IMG/VR virus record: IMGVR_UViG_3300027721_000016
Location: 1 to 61,387 of that record
From: a virus
Lineage: Duplodnaviria; Caudoviricetes
Strand: one strand, 5' to 3'
Length of the DNA stretch: 61,387 nucleotides
This document shows, piece after piece, positions 20,307 through 29,554 of the stretch; within the stretch, counting starts at the first letter, position 1; every line of letters starts with the position of its first letter. The position numbers and the translations under genes are program-made. The notes under the pieces were generated by a model. The model did not search any database, was not told the DNA's origin, and worked only from the letters and a program-made list of their open reading frames with translations.

Positions 20307-20956
20307 GGATACTACTCAGTGAAGAAGAATCTAGAGAATGGCAAGAGACAAAGGCCCGTGAGAAGATTCTAGAAGAGACTTCCAGGTTCCCGCCTGGCAT
20401 GAAGCTTCCAGATGGGTGCAAGCTGACCAAGATGCCCCTTATTAGGCTATCCAAGGAGCAAAAAGCCGAGATCTTGCGATTGGCGGCAGATGGCCTCAGC
20501 ACGCCGGACATCGCGACCACGTTGCGAATCAATGGTCGTCAGGTGGTGGGTGTGATCCAGGGGCATAAGCATCCCATTTCGGCCAATCTCCATGCTGCCC
20601 GCCAGAAGCCAAAGGTCGAAGGATTGCAGCCCATGAAGCCACTGGTCGTGCATGCGGTAGAAACCCCCGCAAACAAGCCCACATGCAGCTCTTGCGGCAA
20701 GCCGCTCAGTCATAACAAGGTTGCGATCGGCGGCAAGCTATATTGTTGCCGGCAGTGCGCACCAAAAAAGGTGCCTGTCATGGTGACGAAAAAGCCAAAA
20801 CCGATACGTAGCAATGTGGATATCGATAATCTCATTGTGGATATGGCATCCAAGCCGCAAATCGAGATAGCGGATGAGATCAATCGAAAGTTTGGCGGTG
20901 CGTGGCTACCCGCCGATGTCGAAAAACGACTTGCCGATCTGAGGGCACATGATTGA
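20303..20956 (+). CDS. HTH plus TRASH-like Zn-finger protein
   Basis: GLSTPDIATTLRIN HTH; CSSC...YCCRQC. Confidence 0.6.
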   Translation: MRILLSEEESREWQETKAREKILEETSRFPPGMKLPDGCKLTKMPLIRLSKEQKAEILRLAADGLSTPDIATTLRINGRQVVGVIQGHKHPISANLHAARQKPKVEGLQPMKPLVVHAVETPANKPTCSSCGKPLSHNKVAIGGKLYCCRQCAPKKVPVMVTKKPKPIRSNVDIDNLIVDMASKPQIEIADEINRKFGGAWLPADVEKRLADLRAHD

Positions 20957-21228
20957 GGTCTTCCTGGCGATCGGGCTGCTTGTCGCGGTTCCGGTGTGGT
21001 GGGTGTGGCTGTATATGCATCCGGAGGCAGGACTATGAACGATTTCTTCCTTCTCAATTTTGGCTTGATGGTCGTATTTATTTTATTAGCAGCAATCGCG
21101 ATCACATTCAGTCGGATATGTCGGAGGATCATATGAGGATTAGGGCACGCAAGTATCCTGGCAGGGATATATCGACCGTCACCGCGTGCATGTGGCCGAA
21201 GTCGCGATATTGGCTATGTGGTCCGCAC

Positions 21229-21441
21229 ATGGCAAAGAACTGGAATAGCAAATACGCAGATCGCGATCGACAAGAGGTGATTGCGTATATTGCCCAAAAT
21301 GGGCCGAGTTCTTGTTACGACGTAGAATTGTGCTGCCACATGGAGAAAAAGGCCGCCACGCGGATTCTGGTGGCTCTGGAAGGGCAGCACGTCATAGAGA
21401 GATGTTATTTTGGCGGCGAGAAATGGAGGGCGATAAAATGA
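21229..21441 (+). CDS. Small wHTH protein
   Basis: VIAYIAQNGPSSCYDVEL...AATRILVALEGQHVIER. Confidence 0.5.
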   Translation: MAKNWNSKYADRDRQEVIAYIAQNGPSSCYDVELCCHMEKKAATRILVALEGQHVIERCYFGGEKWRAIK

Positions 21442-21451
21442 AGGTGAAAAC

Positions 21452-21784
21452 ATGACCGTGTTTATCTATACCACCGGGTCTCAATGTGCTCGCTGCAATA
21501 CGCTCAAGGCCGCCTTCCAGACGGCACAGATAGCTTATGAGGAGAAGCCGCTAGATGCCATCGCAATAGCAGACTGCCTATGTGATACCGGTGAGCTGGT
21601 CAACGCCGCGCCTCTTGTCAAAGACGGTGCGATGTGGTTCCTGGCAGATGACCTTTTCTACAATGGCAATCTCGTTGCCAATTGGCAGCAAGTGCTGAAG
21701 GGCGTTCGGCCACGCACGGAGTTCACTGGCAAAGCGACAACAGAGGCAAAGACACATAAATGCGACAAAATATGGAAGGAATGA
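21452..21784 (+). CDS. Glutaredoxin-like protein
   Basis: IYTTGSQCARC CxxC motif and cis-Pro AAPLV. Confidence 0.7.
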   Translation: MTVFIYTTGSQCARCNTLKAAFQTAQIAYEEKPLDAIAIADCLCDTGELVNAAPLVKDGAMWFLADDLFYNGNLVANWQQVLKGVRPRTEFTGKATTEAKTHKCDKIWKE

Positions 21785-22136
21785 CATGATAAGAATTACA
21801 GTCGAAATTCCAGACGCACCGGATGAGGATTATATGGACGTATCGAGATGCTATGGGGATATTTTGGAAGAAGCTCCTTATAATCATCTATTTCGGTCAG
21901 AACTTGTAACAGAGGTTTCACGATGATATACCGAACGCCAATCGAGATACTGATGTATATTTTCTATCGGATGGGCAGGCCATGAAAACCATAAATGGCA
22001 TCCTACGTGAATTTCAGGTAACGGACTCCCTGAAGGCCCGTGGCTACATCTCATCCGAGATGTATGAAAAATACAAGCAGGACACCGCGAGCAAGTTGCT
22101 GCTTGCCAGTAAAGAAAAACGTTCTTGGTGGCGCAT

Positions 22137-22331
22137 ATGGTGAGGTTGCTTATCATCTTTTTGCTGCTATCATTGGCGGTGGGTAGTGACATGTCGATGT
22201 ATGTGGCTGGAAACTTCACAGGAAGCGGATTCAATGAATCCGTGATTGCAGCACCAAACGCAAACGTTACAGGAAATAATAGCATTTGGCTGATTACATG
22301 GAATGATACCGATGACAGAAACGATCTATAA
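22137..22331 (+). CDS. Small secreted protein with multiple N-glycosylation sequons
   Basis: Signal peptide followed by NFT, NES, NVT, NNS, NDT. Confidence 0.55.
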   Translation: MVRLLIIFLLLSLAVGSDMSMYVAGNFTGSGFNESVIAAPNANVTGNNSIWLITWNDTDDRNDL

Positions 22332-22671
22332 AGGCCACTGCCAGCATTGCAAATGGGGCCGAGGGATGTTAGGATGTATGCCGAATCGCATGGCGGCTAA
22401 CGGGGGCAATTGCAAAGACTGGCAACCCAGGAAGCTATCCAGGGTGAAAAAACTGAAGACTAAGCGATTGGCGGCCAATGGTGGGAGAGGAGGCGCATAG
22501 GATGCTAGTGGCAAAATGGGTGGCATGGTTAGAAAATAAACTTTTTGGACATGAATGCAGTAATTGTGACAAATTCTATGAAGACGTTCCAGGATGTGAA
22601 ATAGGAAAATGTGAATATATCAATAAAAAAGCTAGACGATGGCAATACTGCTGTTGCTGGAGGCCGAAAAA

Positions 22672-23208
22672 ATGACCTGCATAATCGGCCTGAAACGAGA
22701 CGGCAAAGTCTACATGGGCGCGGATAGTCGCTATCTGGATGGGTGGCACATAAACAGATCGCCAAACCGCAAGATATTCCGAGCGGGCGAGATGCTGATA
22801 GGCACCAGCGGCAACCTTCGTGTCTCTGACATTTTGCAATACAATCTCGATGTTCCGTCGTTGGGCGGACTGGATCCTGCCAATTACACGGCGCAAGCCG
22901 TTATACCGGCCATCAGGCAGGCTCTGACAGAACATGGCGCTATTGGCCTCATGCCAGATTCGGCCATTATGATTGCCTATCAGGGCTGCCTGTTTATTAT
23001 TGGAGAAGATTTCTCATTGAGCGAAATTGCTGAATATGAGGCGATTGGGGCCGGGGCGAAATACGCATTGGGCAGCATGTATATGTGGGCGTGCGCACAA
23101 CCGCTCGGAGAAAAAGGCGATCCCATGATGCAGATTGAGGCGGCGTTGGCCTGCGCGGCTTACTTCAGCGCGAGCTGCGCCGGGCCGTTTGTAGTTGAAA
23201 AATTGTAG
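22672..23208 (+). CDS. Ntn-hydrolase (HslV/proteasome beta-like) protein
   Basis: MTCIIGL N-terminal Thr; GADSR, KIF and AIGAGA motifs. Confidence 0.78.
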   Translation: MTCIIGLKRDGKVYMGADSRYLDGWHINRSPNRKIFRAGEMLIGTSGNLRVSDILQYNLDVPSLGGLDPANYTAQAVIPAIRQALTEHGAIGLMPDSAIMIAYQGCLFIIGEDFSLSEIAEYEAIGAGAKYALGSMYMWACAQPLGEKGDPMMQIEAALACAAYFSASCAGPFVVEKL

Positions 23209-23225
23209 GATGTAAGCTTCATACA

Positions 23226-23918
23226 TCATAAATTTTTAAATCCTGGCATTAATACGCCATCTATATTGTTTGATCCAAGTTTATAAAATTCCGGGTCAAA
23301 CAGCGTCGACATTCTTGTATTCTCAATTCCCAATAACGCACCATATCGGTCATAGTGGCTGCAATATGGCAAATCGTTGCTGACTATATAGGTCCAAACG
23401 TCGCGGGCCGTGAGGTTCATCAATGGGTAACATTCCAACATTTTACCATTCCAACGGAATGGTTCAGATGCTTTGCGTTTGCGTTTTCCGGATTCTTCTC
23501 GGCGGAGGCCAATGAATGCCAGATCGTATCCTTTTGATATCAGATCGGGTTGCACCCGGCCAAACATCTCGGGAAAATAGATGTTTTTGGAAGTTCTGCC
23601 AGCGAGATCATATTTGCTGGATGTGTCCACCCGGATATTCTTTGCCCCAATTGTTCCCGCGATGCCCAATATCTCAGTTTCCAACCCCATCGGAAAATAA
23701 TATTTCCCGAAATAGAAATGTTCAACTAAGACCTCAGGACAGACACGTAGAACCATATGAAGCATAACCAGGCTATCTTTGCCACCTGAGTATGCGATGT
23801 ATGGTTTATTTGCCCGATCGAGGGCCTCTGCAATGAGTCCTTGAGATGCTTCGATCCGGTCTTTGTAATCATCTAATTCAGCATGCATTTGGAAGGCAGC
23901 CTTTTCAATCGGTGTCAT
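23226..23918 (-). CDS. cysH: CysH-like PAPS-reductase-family protein (type IV-B associated)
   Basis: PP-loop SGGKDS, GLRREES..R, YPL...DVWTYI...LPY...YD; end of the csf gene run. Confidence 0.85.
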   Translation of the reverse strand: MTPIEKAAFQMHAELDDYKDRIEASQGLIAEALDRANKPYIAYSGGKDSLVMLHMVLRVCPEVLVEHFYFGKYYFPMGLETEILGIAGTIGAKNIRVDTSSKYDLAGRTSKNIYFPEMFGRVQPDLISKGYDLAFIGLRREESGKRKRKASEPFRWNGKMLECYPLMNLTARDVWTYIVSNDLPYCSHYDRYGALLGIENTRMSTLFDPEFYKLGSNNIDGVLMPGFKNL

Positions 23919-24102
23919 TGAAATCGTTTAGACTCCTGTCCATACATGGTTTTTTCCCATGAATCTTACCATGAATCTGTTCATATTCTTCTCGGAACGA
24001 TCTTTTAGATGGCTTCTGGTAGCATGTATAGCAGACAGGTCCAACGCCGGATACCGTCATCTTGCCATCCAGGTCAGATGTACCGCATAGTCTACATTTC
24101 AT
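23905..24102 (-). CDS. Small Zn-finger protein
   Basis: CRLC...CYTC. Confidence 0.5.
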   Translation of the reverse strand: MKCRLCGTSDLDGKMTVSGVGPVCYTCYQKPSKRSFREEYEQIHGKIHGKKPCMDRSLNDFNDTD

Positions 24103-24676
24103 AAGTCGTGCTCCTTCTAGGATTTCCAAAACAGTTAGCAGAATGACGCACTAGAGACGGTAGAATATCCGTTGCATGGTCAACTAAGTTAGGTAGGCAG
24201 ATCCAAACAGGCTCCTTTTTGGCCCGAAGGAACATCTGCAATTGCTCATCATGCCAAATTCGATTAGCCAAACGACCGTTATCTAACCAATTAAGATAAT
24301 CATCAAGCAAATCGTGTCTCATTATAACTGCTTCTTCTCCTAAAAACGAGGACGGTGCGGAACGTTCCCATTTTTTCCCCTTTTCGAATGCCAGCCGCGC
24401 GGTTTTTCTGGGACTATACAGAGAAATGAACCGCTTTCCATCACATGTGTCTAACCGCGAAACAAGCTGGTTAATAAAATCTTGGCAAAGACGCACGTCA
24501 TCATGAATTACCATGCCCCAATCATCACCGCGCACTGCATGCCACGCAAGTTCATGTCCATCTGACAATTTCAAATCGGGCCGCTCAATAATGATCAGAT
24601 CACCGGGCAAAAATGGAATTATGTGTTCTTCTGCATATGTCCGCCTCGGTGGCATCAAAGAAAGCGCAATCTTCAT
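24092..24676 (-). CDS. GT-A fold glycosyltransferase-like protein
   Basis: VIHDDVRLCQDF acidic motif, WHDEQL, PNLVDH. Confidence 0.65.
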   Translation of the reverse strand: MKIALSLMPPRRTYAEEHIIPFLPGDLIIIERPDLKLSDGHELAWHAVRGDDWGMVIHDDVRLCQDFINQLVSRLDTCDGKRFISLYSPRKTARLAFEKGKKWERSAPSSFLGEEAVIMRHDLLDDYLNWLDNGRLANRIWHDEQLQMFLRAKKEPVWICLPNLVDHATDILPSLVRHSANCFGNPRRSTTYEM

Positions 24677-25746
24677 AGTATTGCCCTCCACCTTTCAAGC
24701 TTATCATTTTTCGGCTTCTTGGTAATTGAGATATTATTTTCCCAATCATTGATTAGAAGTTGCTTACATTGTTGCCGGAAAGTATATTCATCTTTCGGCT
24801 GATCCGCAAATCGCTTCACGAATCTGTATCGCTTCTCAGTTGGTATAGTCGCTAGCAGATAATCGCGATATTCCAGCCACTTTTTGAATGCGTTGGGCAA
24901 TTTCCCGTTGCTGTAGATCATATTTTCTTTAGCATACAAGGCGGCACAATGTGTGCCCTTTATTCGCTTTATGACTTTTTCAAACGTGTCTGGTTCAAGA
25001 ACCTGCAAGTCCGTCAGACACTTGAAAGATTTTTCGTGTATCAGGTTGCTGACACGCATTTTGTTATAGATGCTGGTCCCGTTCATAAAAATTTTGTTGT
25101 AGATATCGTTATAGGAAAACTGGTTATCATATATGTATTTCCAGACATCGCCCATGCCCCAGTCATAAATAGGGTACATTTTGTACGATTTTGAGTTACT
25201 TGATTTGGTGCTCCACTTGATGCCCTTGTATCCAGGATATTTGGTAACTGCCCGATACCGGGTTATTCCCTCCTCTGCTCGGAGGCCTACCAAAAACGCA
25301 CTTCCATCCGGTTGCCAAGCTTCAAACCAGTTAAAGAATTTATAGAATCTTTGGGGGTAGGGATCACTTATAGATTTTATCGAGATGTCCTCTTTTGGCC
25401 TCAGCCATTCGGCTCCTTCCGACCATGCATAGAGCATGTCCTCTTCATAGCTGGTTGAATTCGTCATGTAGATCGGCACTTGATACCACATTGGCACCAC
25501 GTTTGGATGTGCCATCATGGTTCGCACGACATCGATAGTTGCAGCATACTCAACTTCTTGGTCAAGGTAGAACAAATTGATTTTTCTGTCCCTCTTAATC
25601 GCTTCTTCCAGTGCCAGATGATACAAAGCAGTTGAATCCTTTCCACCGCTAACCGATACATATATGTGTTCAAATGTATCAAATATGAACGCAATTCGTT
25701 CGCGGGCGGCTTCAAGGACATTTTTCCCCAAATATTTACGCTTCAT
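24673..25746 (-). CDS. ibrA: IbrA-like PAPS-reductase / DUF3440 protein
   Basis: NVLEAARERI, SVSGGKDS, YLDQE, GLRAEE..TR, YPIYDW...DVW, MRVS. Confidence 0.85.
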   Translation of the reverse strand: MKRKYLGKNVLEAARERIAFIFDTFEHIYVSVSGGKDSTALYHLALEEAIKRDRKINLFYLDQEVEYAATIDVVRTMMAHPNVVPMWYQVPIYMTNSTSYEEDMLYAWSEGAEWLRPKEDISIKSISDPYPQRFYKFFNWFEAWQPDGSAFLVGLRAEEGITRYRAVTKYPGYKGIKWSTKSSNSKSYKMYPIYDWGMGDVWKYIYDNQFSYNDIYNKIFMNGTSIYNKMRVSNLIHEKSFKCLTDLQVLEPDTFEKVIKRIKGTHCAALYAKENMIYSNGKLPNAFKKWLEYRDYLLATIPTEKRYRFVKRFADQPKDEYTFRQQCKQLLINDWENNISITKKPKNDKLERWRAIL

Positions 25747-26569
25747 AAAGAGCCTCTGTAAGGTCGTTTGTCTCAGATACAATTCGTTCTATTTCGGATC
25801 GCAGATAGAGATCTACCTTCAGGTCGGTGACGTGAAACGTCATCTCTTCCCTTATGTTATAGAGTTTTTTCATGTCGGAGAAGATATTTCGCTCAGGGCA
25901 GATAGATTTTGCATAATCAGTTAGTCCCTTTATGATGCTCTTGATATTGGTTTTGGTATCAAAAAGCTCTTCTTTCAGAACATAGTATTCTTCTTGTTGC
26001 TCATCGGTTACATGATGCTCATCGAAGTTGATTTCGAAGTCGAAGAACTTCTGGTAATGCATCTTAGTATGTTCTCCGACTTTCGAAACTATCCAAGGTA
26101 CCTGTAAAGGTCTTTCTGCCAATCGGCCATCTTGCCAGGCACGATAAGCAGATTCCGCCGCGAATGAATGGTTATACTCCATAATAGTGGTTCGGAGTAA
26201 ACTATAAGGCCACATGATACGCCAGATTTCATCTTTGAAAGGCACGGTATCGATCGAGTACTTGCAACCATATTTGGAATAGTTAAATGCATACTCATAT
26301 CTCTGATCGCACCGGTTGGCAGGAGTCATCATATCGCTTATTCCGAGCACCACCAAAGCATTATTCTCATTATCCTGTAGCACTTCCTTGGTACTCGATC
26401 CATAGTTTTCAAAATCTATGAACGCGATGTCTGGCAATGCTAGAAGCGATGGATCGAATAATGGACTTTTAGACGTATATAGGCAATGAACCTCATTGAA
26501 TCCCGTAATGCCTGTCAAGATACCAGGAACATCCGCCGGATTCTTAGTGAAATGGCATCTGCCGATCAT
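25736..26569 (-). CDS. Hypothetical protein, possibly a degenerate SNF2-like helicase N-domain
   Basis: IDTVPF...WRIMWP and VTDEQQEEYY resemble SNF2 motif III and linker; no Walker A. Confidence 0.45.
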   Translation of the reverse strand: MIGRCHFTKNPADVPGILTGITGFNEVHCLYTSKSPLFDPSLLALPDIAFIDFENYGSSTKEVLQDNENNALVVLGISDMMTPANRCDQRYEYAFNYSKYGCKYSIDTVPFKDEIWRIMWPYSLLRTTIMEYNHSFAAESAYRAWQDGRLAERPLQVPWIVSKVGEHTKMHYQKFFDFEINFDEHHVTDEQQEEYYVLKEELFDTKTNIKSIIKGLTDYAKSICPERNIFSDMKKLYNIREEMTFHVTDLKVDLYLRSEIERIVSETNDLTEALYEA

Positions 26570-27177
26570 TCTTCAACCCCCCACGCCTCCGCATATTCGT
26601 TCGCCCTAAGCATCTTGGCTGCCCCGGCTGTCTGCTTGAGTCTCAACAGCTCTTCAGTGGTCATGCCTAGATGAGCCGCGATCTGTTCATCCGATTCTCC
26701 GGACGACATTCGCTTAACAAGTTCGCCCATGAGATCGACTTGGTGACGGCCCCGCGCGCGATTATGCCTAACCGTTGAAGCATATCGTTCTTCGACCGTT
26801 TTGTTGATCTTTGTTATGGGAAGGTATCCGTAAATCCTCGCTTTGATATCCGGGTTTTGTTCGGGTATCTGCGATCTATGAAACCCATCGACCACTGTGT
26901 TTTTGTCGCCATCTCGACACGATACGATCGGCTGAGTAATACCGTCTTCGCGAATCGAAATCGCCAACAGCTTCATTTCCGGTTTTGCGACTTTGTTGGG
27001 ATTGTAGTCGTTTCTTACCACGGTGCTTGCCTGAACCCACACAACCAAGTCTACAGGCTCGTTTTTGAATGGACTGATTTCATGCAGCGCGGTTCTCATC
27101 TCATTCAAGGCATCTACCTTTTCCGCTAAAGGCAGTGCGTCGATGTGTTTCAACACATCCACCATTCCAGGAATCAT
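26566..27177 (-). CDS. ibrB: IbrB-like ParB/Srx-domain protein
   Basis: EPVD.V.WV, NDYNPN.VA.PEM.LL..SI.EDG.TQPIV, VDGFHR, STVRHNRARG.H. Confidence 0.88.
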   Translation of the reverse strand: MIPGMVDVLKHIDALPLAEKVDALNEMRTALHEISPFKNEPVDLVVWVQASTVVRNDYNPNKVAKPEMKLLAISIREDGITQPIVSCRDGDKNTVVDGFHRSQIPEQNPDIKARIYGYLPITKINKTVEERYASTVRHNRARGRHQVDLMGELVKRMSSGESDEQIAAHLGMTTEELLRLKQTAGAAKMLRANEYAEAWGVEE

Positions 27178-27872
27178 ATCTCGCATCTCCCCCCAGGAGC
27201 AACACACATAGCCACATTCTCTGGTGCCCATCCAGGGAACGTATAAGCTAATCGCATCACTCGGATATTCTCAAACGATTTCAGCATGTTACATGGGATA
27301 GATCGCATCGCGATACCGTCTTTCGTGATGCTCCAATCAGTCGGTAATTCAGATATCGCGAAGCCGCAAACTTCGCCCCCACCAACTGCCCGCTTCTTCC
27401 CAAGATGCCTGATAGGAGATAGCAACCTCTTCAGTTCTTCCAGATTTCCGTTCATGTAGAATTTCACCGTCTTGCTGGCGGAATACGGGAATTTCATCAT
27501 ATAGTCCCTCATCATGCCGCTATTTCGCCGTATCCTGGTTTTGGTTTTCAGGTCCGCCGCCTCATGAAAACGCTTGTAGAGGACGGTTGTGTGCATCTCA
27601 TCAGTATCAAGAATTGATGCACTTGCGTGATAGATCAGACCCGTTTTTTGCAGGGGCAATCTCAGGAATTTCGATACTGGCAGCGGCTCTTTGGTGGGCA
27701 AGTTGTAGAACTCATCTCCTAGCATATCTTCCATCAGCATTCTAGCTACCAGCGCATCGCCAAAAATCCAAGGGAAGGCCATCATAAGCGGTGTTGCCAA
27801 CGAGAATGTTATCTCACATGGCTGGAAATCGGCAGGCGGGTTGTATGCCGCTAACCGATCTAATACAGTCAT
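27174..27872 (-). CDS. csf3: Type IV CRISPR Cas5-group RAMP (Csf3)
   Basis: ITFSLATP...DALV, YHASA, G-loop HLGKKRAVGGGEV, C-terminal MRSIP/FPGW. Confidence 0.85.
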   Translation of the reverse strand: MTVLDRLAAYNPPADFQPCEITFSLATPLMMAFPWIFGDALVARMLMEDMLGDEFYNLPTKEPLPVSKFLRLPLQKTGLIYHASASILDTDEMHTTVLYKRFHEAADLKTKTRIRRNSGMMRDYMMKFPYSASKTVKFYMNGNLEELKRLLSPIRHLGKKRAVGGGEVCGFAISELPTDWSITKDGIAMRSIPCNMLKSFENIRVMRLAYTFPGWAPENVAMCVAPGGRCEI

Positions 27873-28699
27873 CCCTGCTCCAATGTCTGCAACATCTTCA
27901 GCATGTCGTCTTTGTTGGCCTCTACAAAATCAAGGTACGGCTTCGCGTCAGGCTTCGCGGGATAATCTAGCCGGACTTCTGCGTTTCCAGTTCCAGATTT
28001 CGCACCAAGGCGGGGTCTGAGCATCCACAGATCAATCATTCTGCCCAGGCACGCGGCTTCGATCTCGGACGGATTTTGCAGCACAAACCCATGCTGAAAT
28101 ACCGTTGCCGGTGGGATGTACCACCAGGTATGGAGCATCTGCGAGGAATCGCCGCCTTCGGCTTTTGCGTCCTGGCTCATTTCGTCTCTCCTGGTATTGA
28201 ATGTCTGTTTTTGCAGATCACCAATGCTTGCCGTTATCGTCTCAGGATTTCGCAGAATGCCTGCCAGCTCCTTGCATCTAGGCACGGCATAGGCTACATC
28301 CAGCTTTCCCTCTAGCATCTGGTTCCTCATTGCAGTTCCGAGCAACGCGACCGGCGGCAACAAGCCACGGATTTGCTTTTTCAACGCCAGATCTATGTAC
28401 CCGCTGTCCTTCTCATCTACTTGCTCCAAGGTCCCGCCCGCGAAAAGGCTGTGATAAAGCCGCACTTGGCCTTTAGCATCGGCTGGCTGGAATCCCACCA
28501 GATCAATGAGATCTGCCATGATTAGGCGACGTAGAACGCCTCTGATGGCATTGCCGGAGACGACAGGCACCTCTTCCGGTCCGGTTGGCAGGTTGTAAAT
28601 TATTGTCCGAAGTCCTTTGTCATTTCCATTGTTCTCATCCGATCCGCTATGGATCGGGCTAAGGGCAGTTATTGTGCCCGGCACATCTAATATCTTCAT
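27869..28699 (-). CDS. csf2: Type IV CRISPR Cas7-group RAMP (Csf2)
   Basis: ITALSPIHSG, VPVVSGNAIRGVLRR, LFAGG.L, P.ALLG, G-loop LGAKSGTGNA. Confidence 0.9.
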   Translation of the reverse strand: MKILDVPGTITALSPIHSGSDENNGNDKGLRTIIYNLPTGPEEVPVVSGNAIRGVLRRLIMADLIDLVGFQPADAKGQVRLYHSLFAGGTLEQVDEKDSGYIDLALKKQIRGLLPPVALLGTAMRNQMLEGKLDVAYAVPRCKELAGILRNPETITASIGDLQKQTFNTRRDEMSQDAKAEGGDSSQMLHTWWYIPPATVFQHGFVLQNPSEIEAACLGRMIDLWMLRPRLGAKSGTGNAEVRLDYPAKPDAKPYLDFVEANKDDMLKMLQTLEQG

Positions 28700-29070
28700 A
28701 CAAATTTCTCCAATGATGCATTACCGTTCAAGGTCTTTTTTTCTTTTGCAAGTTTCGCGACCAAGAGAGCGATATATATGCTCTCGTTTCGCATTCGCCT
28801 GAGAACTTCAGGAGTTTCCTTTTCTAGATCCAAAAGTAGATCAGGATCGTATTCGAATGCAGTTGCCGTTCCGCCACGGGCTTGAAGCGGACATTTGGCG
28901 GCGATCGTCTCAAGTGCCGCCGCCACAGTGCGCTCATGGCCACCGATACGGATTCTACCTGCCATGAAATCATATGCCGACTTGGCGCCTGCTTTCTTCC
29001 AATCGATACTTCTGTAGCAATTGGCTAGAGTTTCGGCCAACTTCCTATAGATTTCATCTGGAAATTCCAT
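28696..29070 (-). CDS. cas11: Cas11-like small subunit (type IV-B)
   Basis: 124-aa helical ORF immediately upstream of csf2 and coupled to it. Confidence 0.65.
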   Translation of the reverse strand: MEFPDEIYRKLAETLANCYRSIDWKKAGAKSAYDFMAGRIRIGGHERTVAAALETIAAKCPLQARGGTATAFEYDPDLLLDLEKETPEVLRRMRNESIYIALLVAKLAKEKKTLNGNASLEKFV

Positions 29071-29218
29071 ATTTCTCCCCCCATAGTTTCAATGCTTCTG
29101 ATCCGGCGGCGGTGAGATCGCCGCGTTTGATTTTTCGCCCTAAGCGCCGTTCTAGGACGGCATGGAATAGGGCATTCTCTTCATCCGAGATCGAGAAAAA
29201 GATGCCTTTGGCGGGCAT
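29054..29218 (-). CDS. 54-aa RHH-like regulator
   Basis: MPAKGIFFSISDEENALF...EALKLW; overlaps the cas11 start. Confidence 0.55.
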   Translation of the reverse strand: MPAKGIFFSISDEENALFHAVLERRLGRKIKRGDLTAAGSEALKLWGEKYGISR

Positions 29219-29512
29219 TTAGGCCCTCAGTTCGTCGTTCATCTCGACGATTGCGATACGATCTTCTATCATCTCATCGAGCCAATCTTTCCCGATGAAG
29301 GGACTTCTCCATTCATCGCTGATATGGATTTCGTACTGGCTGGATGGAATGTTTTCAAACCAGCTGCCGCTTGTGTCCCTGTAGAGAATCTGTTTTAGTT
29401 CTCCTGTTATTCTATCTACGAAAAAGGAGTTTCCTTTTCCGCCTCTCTTTCTCATGTAGCTCATCATTGCCCGGCGGGCGTCCGTGTTCGGTCTTGCGAT
29501 CTCAGTTGCCAT
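29219..29512 (-). CDS. Hypothetical protein inserted in the csf operon
   Basis: 97-aa leaderless ORF behind its own TATA box. Confidence 0.65.
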   Translation of the reverse strand: MATEIARPNTDARRAMMSYMRKRGGKGNSFFVDRITGELKQILYRDTSGSWFENIPSSQYEIHISDEWRSPFIGKDWLDEMIEDRIAIVEMNDELRA

Positions 29513-29550
29513 AATACTAGCTAGTCTAGCTATCTATATATACCTTTCGC
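29513..29550 (-). promoter_or_regulatory. Internal BRE/TATA promoter with inverted-repeat operator
   Basis: Minus strand gcgaaaggtatatatag; perfect IR tagctag-t-ctagcta at 29518-29532. Confidence 0.7.
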
Positions 29551-29554
29551 CTGC

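Noticed and set aside
23226-25746. QueC assignment for the SGGKDS proteins, given the nearby queD
   Set aside because: They have PAPS-reductase motifs (GLR.EE, YP...DVW) and lack the QueC C-terminal Cys cluster
29086-29125. gtttcaat resembling the start of a CRISPR repeat next to cas11
   Set aside because: Single copy inside the RHH ORF; no repeat-spacer periodicity here or anywhere else I could see
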